The position numbers were made by a program, and so were the translations under genes. The notes beneath the pieces are model-generated. The model saw only the letters and a list, made by a program, of their open reading frames with translations. It was not told the origin of the DNA and made no database searches. From Mobula birostris (Eukaryota), in assembly GCF_030028105.1 (NCBI RefSeq), contig NC_092399.1, positions 28,168,881-28,232,880 of the forward strand: 64,000 nucleotides of DNA, in the 5' to 3' direction. Shown piece by piece: positions 61,090 to 64,000 of this stretch; positions within the stretch are counted from its first letter, which is position 1, and every line of letters begins with the position of its first letter.

Positions 61090-61230
61090 TTTTTTTTTTA
61101 CGAGGCCGAGTGGCTAGCTCGACGCTGAACCTGACACGGATGGAAAGCATGCTCGGGGGATGGCTTGACTTGGATTTGAACTCGGGAACCTTCACTCTGG
61201 TGATATCATTGCACCACCAGCCGGCCTACA
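61090..61230 (-). mobile_element. tRNA-derived SINE fragment (family of 1920-2128)
   Basis: Shared TTTTTACGAGGCC..CACGGATGGAAAGCATGC. Confidence 0.65.
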
Positions 61231-61454
61231 TTATCGCTAACTGGAGGCTTAATTGGCAAAGATGGATACAGGTCCACTGAAGGTGAGAAACCATATCATG
61301 TGGTCCTCTCCTTTGTGTTGATACAGCAACACAAATCTTTTCAATCAAGGGAAAGCAATCAAGCCAAGTTCTGGGTTATTGTACAGAGGTATTGATGGCC
61401 AGTAGAGTGGACAGCCTGGAAATGAAGACCCATCAATTTCTTTGTGTTTTCTGG

Positions 61455-62218
61455 GGCTTGAGTGGAATTTTTACCACAAAAAAAGCCGGAGGTCCATAAG
61501 TCAGTCCTCATTTGGTAAACAGAGGTGGAGAGTTTTAAATTCCTTGGCATAAACATATCAGAGGATCTGTCTTGGGGCCAACACTTAGGTGTTATCACAA
61601 AGAATGCCTCTACTTTCTTAGAAGTTTGCATATATTCTGCATGTCATCTAAACCTTTGAGAAACTTCTATAAGATGCACAGTGGGTCATGAAATGGTTGC
61701 GTCACACCTGGCAGGGAAACACCAATACCCAGGAACAGAAAGGGCTACTGAAAGTGGTGGATACAGCCAAGTCAATCACTCGCAAAGCCCTCCCCACGAT
61801 TGTGCAGATTTACATGGAACGCTGCCACAAGAAAACAGCATGCACCATTAAACACCCCCACCATCCAGGTCATGCCCTCTTCTCACTACTACCATTGGGT
61901 AGGAGGTACAGCGCCTTAGGTCCCACACCACTAGATTTAGGAACAGTTATCACCCTGCAACCAACAAGGTCCTGAACTGCTGTGGATAACTTCATTCACC
62001 ATTACTCAGAACCGATCCTACGATCTACAGGCTCACACTTAAGGACTCTTTACAACTCATGTTCTTGGTATTATTTTTGTTTATGCTGTTTGTCTTCTTT
62101 TCCACATTAGCGTTTGTCAGATTTGTATAGTTTTTCATAAAATTCTATATATTTTTTCCCTGTAAATATCTGCAAGAAAATAAATCTCAAGGTAGTACAT
62201 AGTAACATATCTAGTACA
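61455..62218 (+). mobile_element. Degenerate Rex1/Babar 3' fragment
   Basis: 'HPHHPGHALFSLLPLGRRY'. Confidence 0.75.
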
Positions 62219-62220
62219 TA

Positions 62221-62769
62221 CACTCAGTGATCACTTTATTAGGTACTTCCTGTACTGATAAAGTGGCCAATAAATGTATGTTCATGATCTTCTGCTGTTG
62301 TAGTCTATTCACTTCAAGGTACCTCCGAGTGCTTTGCACTCAGAGATACTCTCCTGTTGTAACGTGTGGTTATTTGTCATCTTGCTGTCAGCTTGAACCA
62401 GTCTGGATTTTTCTTTGATCTTCCTCACTAACAAGACATTTTTGTCCACGGAGCTGCTGTTCATTGGATTTTTTTTGTTTATCGAACCATTCTCCGTAAA
62501 CCCTAGAGGCGGTTGTGCATGAAAATCCGAGGAGATCAGCAGTTTCTGAGATACTCAAACCACCCCTTCTGGCACCAACAAATTATTGCATAGTCAAAGT
62601 CACTTAGATAACCTTTCTTCCCCATTCTAAAGTTTGGTCTGAACACTTCTGAACCTTATGACCATGTCTGCACGTTTTTATGCTAATGAGTTACTGCCAC
62701 ATGATTGTCTGATTGGATACACATGAAAAAGCTGGTGCACAGGTGTACCTAATAAAGTGGCCACGAGTG
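62221..62769 (-). mobile_element. Non-autonomous Tc1 DNA transposon (family of 29843-30428)
   Basis: TA-CACTCAGTGATCACTTTATTAGGTAC / GTACCTAATAAAGTGGCCACGAGTG TIRs; same interior. Confidence 0.85.
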
Positions 62770-63149
62770 CATATTGATAGTAAATTTACTTTGAACTTAA
62801 ACTTTGAAATTTAAGGGTCAGGTCGATATCTACACCAGCCTCAATCACTCTAACCCATCACCGAGGATCAAGTCCACCATTACCATTAAACCTGCTGACT
62901 AGGGTGGTGTTACTGTTTGTCAAACTGGCCTTTACCTCACAGAGGCTTTCAGACATATCTCCAACTGGACTATAATTCCACCACTAATATTAGGCCATAG
63001 TCTTCCAGGCTTTATTTGCTTTGGGATGTTCTCTCCACAGCCTCCACCATTATAACATTATTGAGCTTTAACCCAGCAGAAACCTCTTTTATCTCAATTC
63101 CAGAATTTATGAGCAGTACAGTCTTGGTAAATACTATCATTTTGGCTTC

Positions 63150-64000
63150 TTCTGTGTGTGTGTGTCTGTCGTATGCGATGAGGACCACTGACATCCTTTG
63201 GTGGGTATGTTTGTTATTTGTGTGTCTGGGTGGGTGTGTTTGTTATTTGTGTGTCTGGAGGTGACTGATGAGTCTAATCCAGGCTAGGAAGTTAACTCCC
63301 ACACGTGGGGCAAGTGTGTGAGGGTCCTGTAGTTGAGGTGCCTGCTACTCGTTCTTTCCGCTGCTGTCATATTTGTTTTGCTTCAGTGTTGTGATTCTTT
63401 TCAGCTTTGGTGGCACCTTTATTGAGAAGGCTGTGCCAGGCTGAGTGATTCAAGGTTGCATGTTCTCAAGAAGTGTAAGCGATCTCAAGGGCCTTGAGCG
63501 AAGTCTGGACCGTGTCTTTGAATCATTTTCGCTGACCCCCGCGAGAGTACTTCCCTGTGGACAGTTCCCCGAAGAACAACTGCCTGCGGGTGTGATCATC
63601 TGCCATCCTGATGACATGGCCTGCTCATCTGACGACGTTTCATCAGCAAAGTGTGGGTGGTTGGCATGTCTACTACAGGCAGGACTTCCATGTCAGGAAT
63701 TCTGTCTTGCCAATTGATATTTATGATCTTCCGTAGGCATGGTAAGTGGAAGTGGTTCAGCCTACGTGCACGTCTCATGTACATAGTCTACGTTTCGTAC
63801 ACATAGGGGAGGGTGGGTAGGATGTCAGTGCGGTAGACTTTCAACTTGGTCCTCAGAGTAATTCTTCTTCGCCGCCAGACAGTAGTCTCCCAAAGGTGGC
63901 GCTAGCCTTGGTGATCCAGCAGCTGACCTCATTGTCCACGTGAACTGCTCTTGAGAGGGTGCTGCCTGTCGACTGCCGGGAGCTGCTGGCCGTTCACTGA
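63150..64000 (-). mobile_element. Degenerate RTE-clade LINE 3' part
   Basis: 'RRLNHFHLPCLRKIININWQDRIPDMEVL'. Confidence 0.8.

Noticed and set aside
63200-63258. Two-copy 29-bp tandem repeat
   Set aside because: Low-complexity local duplication in an RTE 3' region
1-64000. Prokaryotic or phage systems, CRISPR arrays, operons
   Set aside because: Sequence is vertebrate repeat-rich DNA; no regularly spaced repeats or dense coding regions

Overview
Eukaryotic (vertebrate) genomic DNA, almost certainly intronic/intergenic and dominated by transposable elements. The repeat inventory (abundant CR1 LINEs with esterase-type ORF1, Rex1/Babar LINEs, RTE LINEs, Penelope-like elements, V-domain tRNA SINEs) points to a cartilaginous fish; this is inference from repeat content. 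No intact autonomous element, rRNA, true tRNA or CRISPR array is visible. Highlights: (1) a Penelope-like element (PLE) system, with a 2.46-kb RT+GIY-YIG copy carrying an inverted pseudo-LTR and 14-bp TSD, minimal hammerhead ribozymes, palindromic pLTR-only inserts with their own TSDs, and a ~95-bp hammerhead-only insert inside a SINE tRNA head; (2) a restriction-like-endonuclease (HERO/R2-group) LINE 3' end; (3) a four-copy ~680-bp non-coding retroposon with a YY1-like head and (TAATC)n tail; (4) palindromic hAT/Tc1-derived MITEs; (5) several phase-compatible candidate exons of an unidentified host gene on the minus strand. Family names come from motif recognition by eye, and boundaries are approximate unless a TSD is given.
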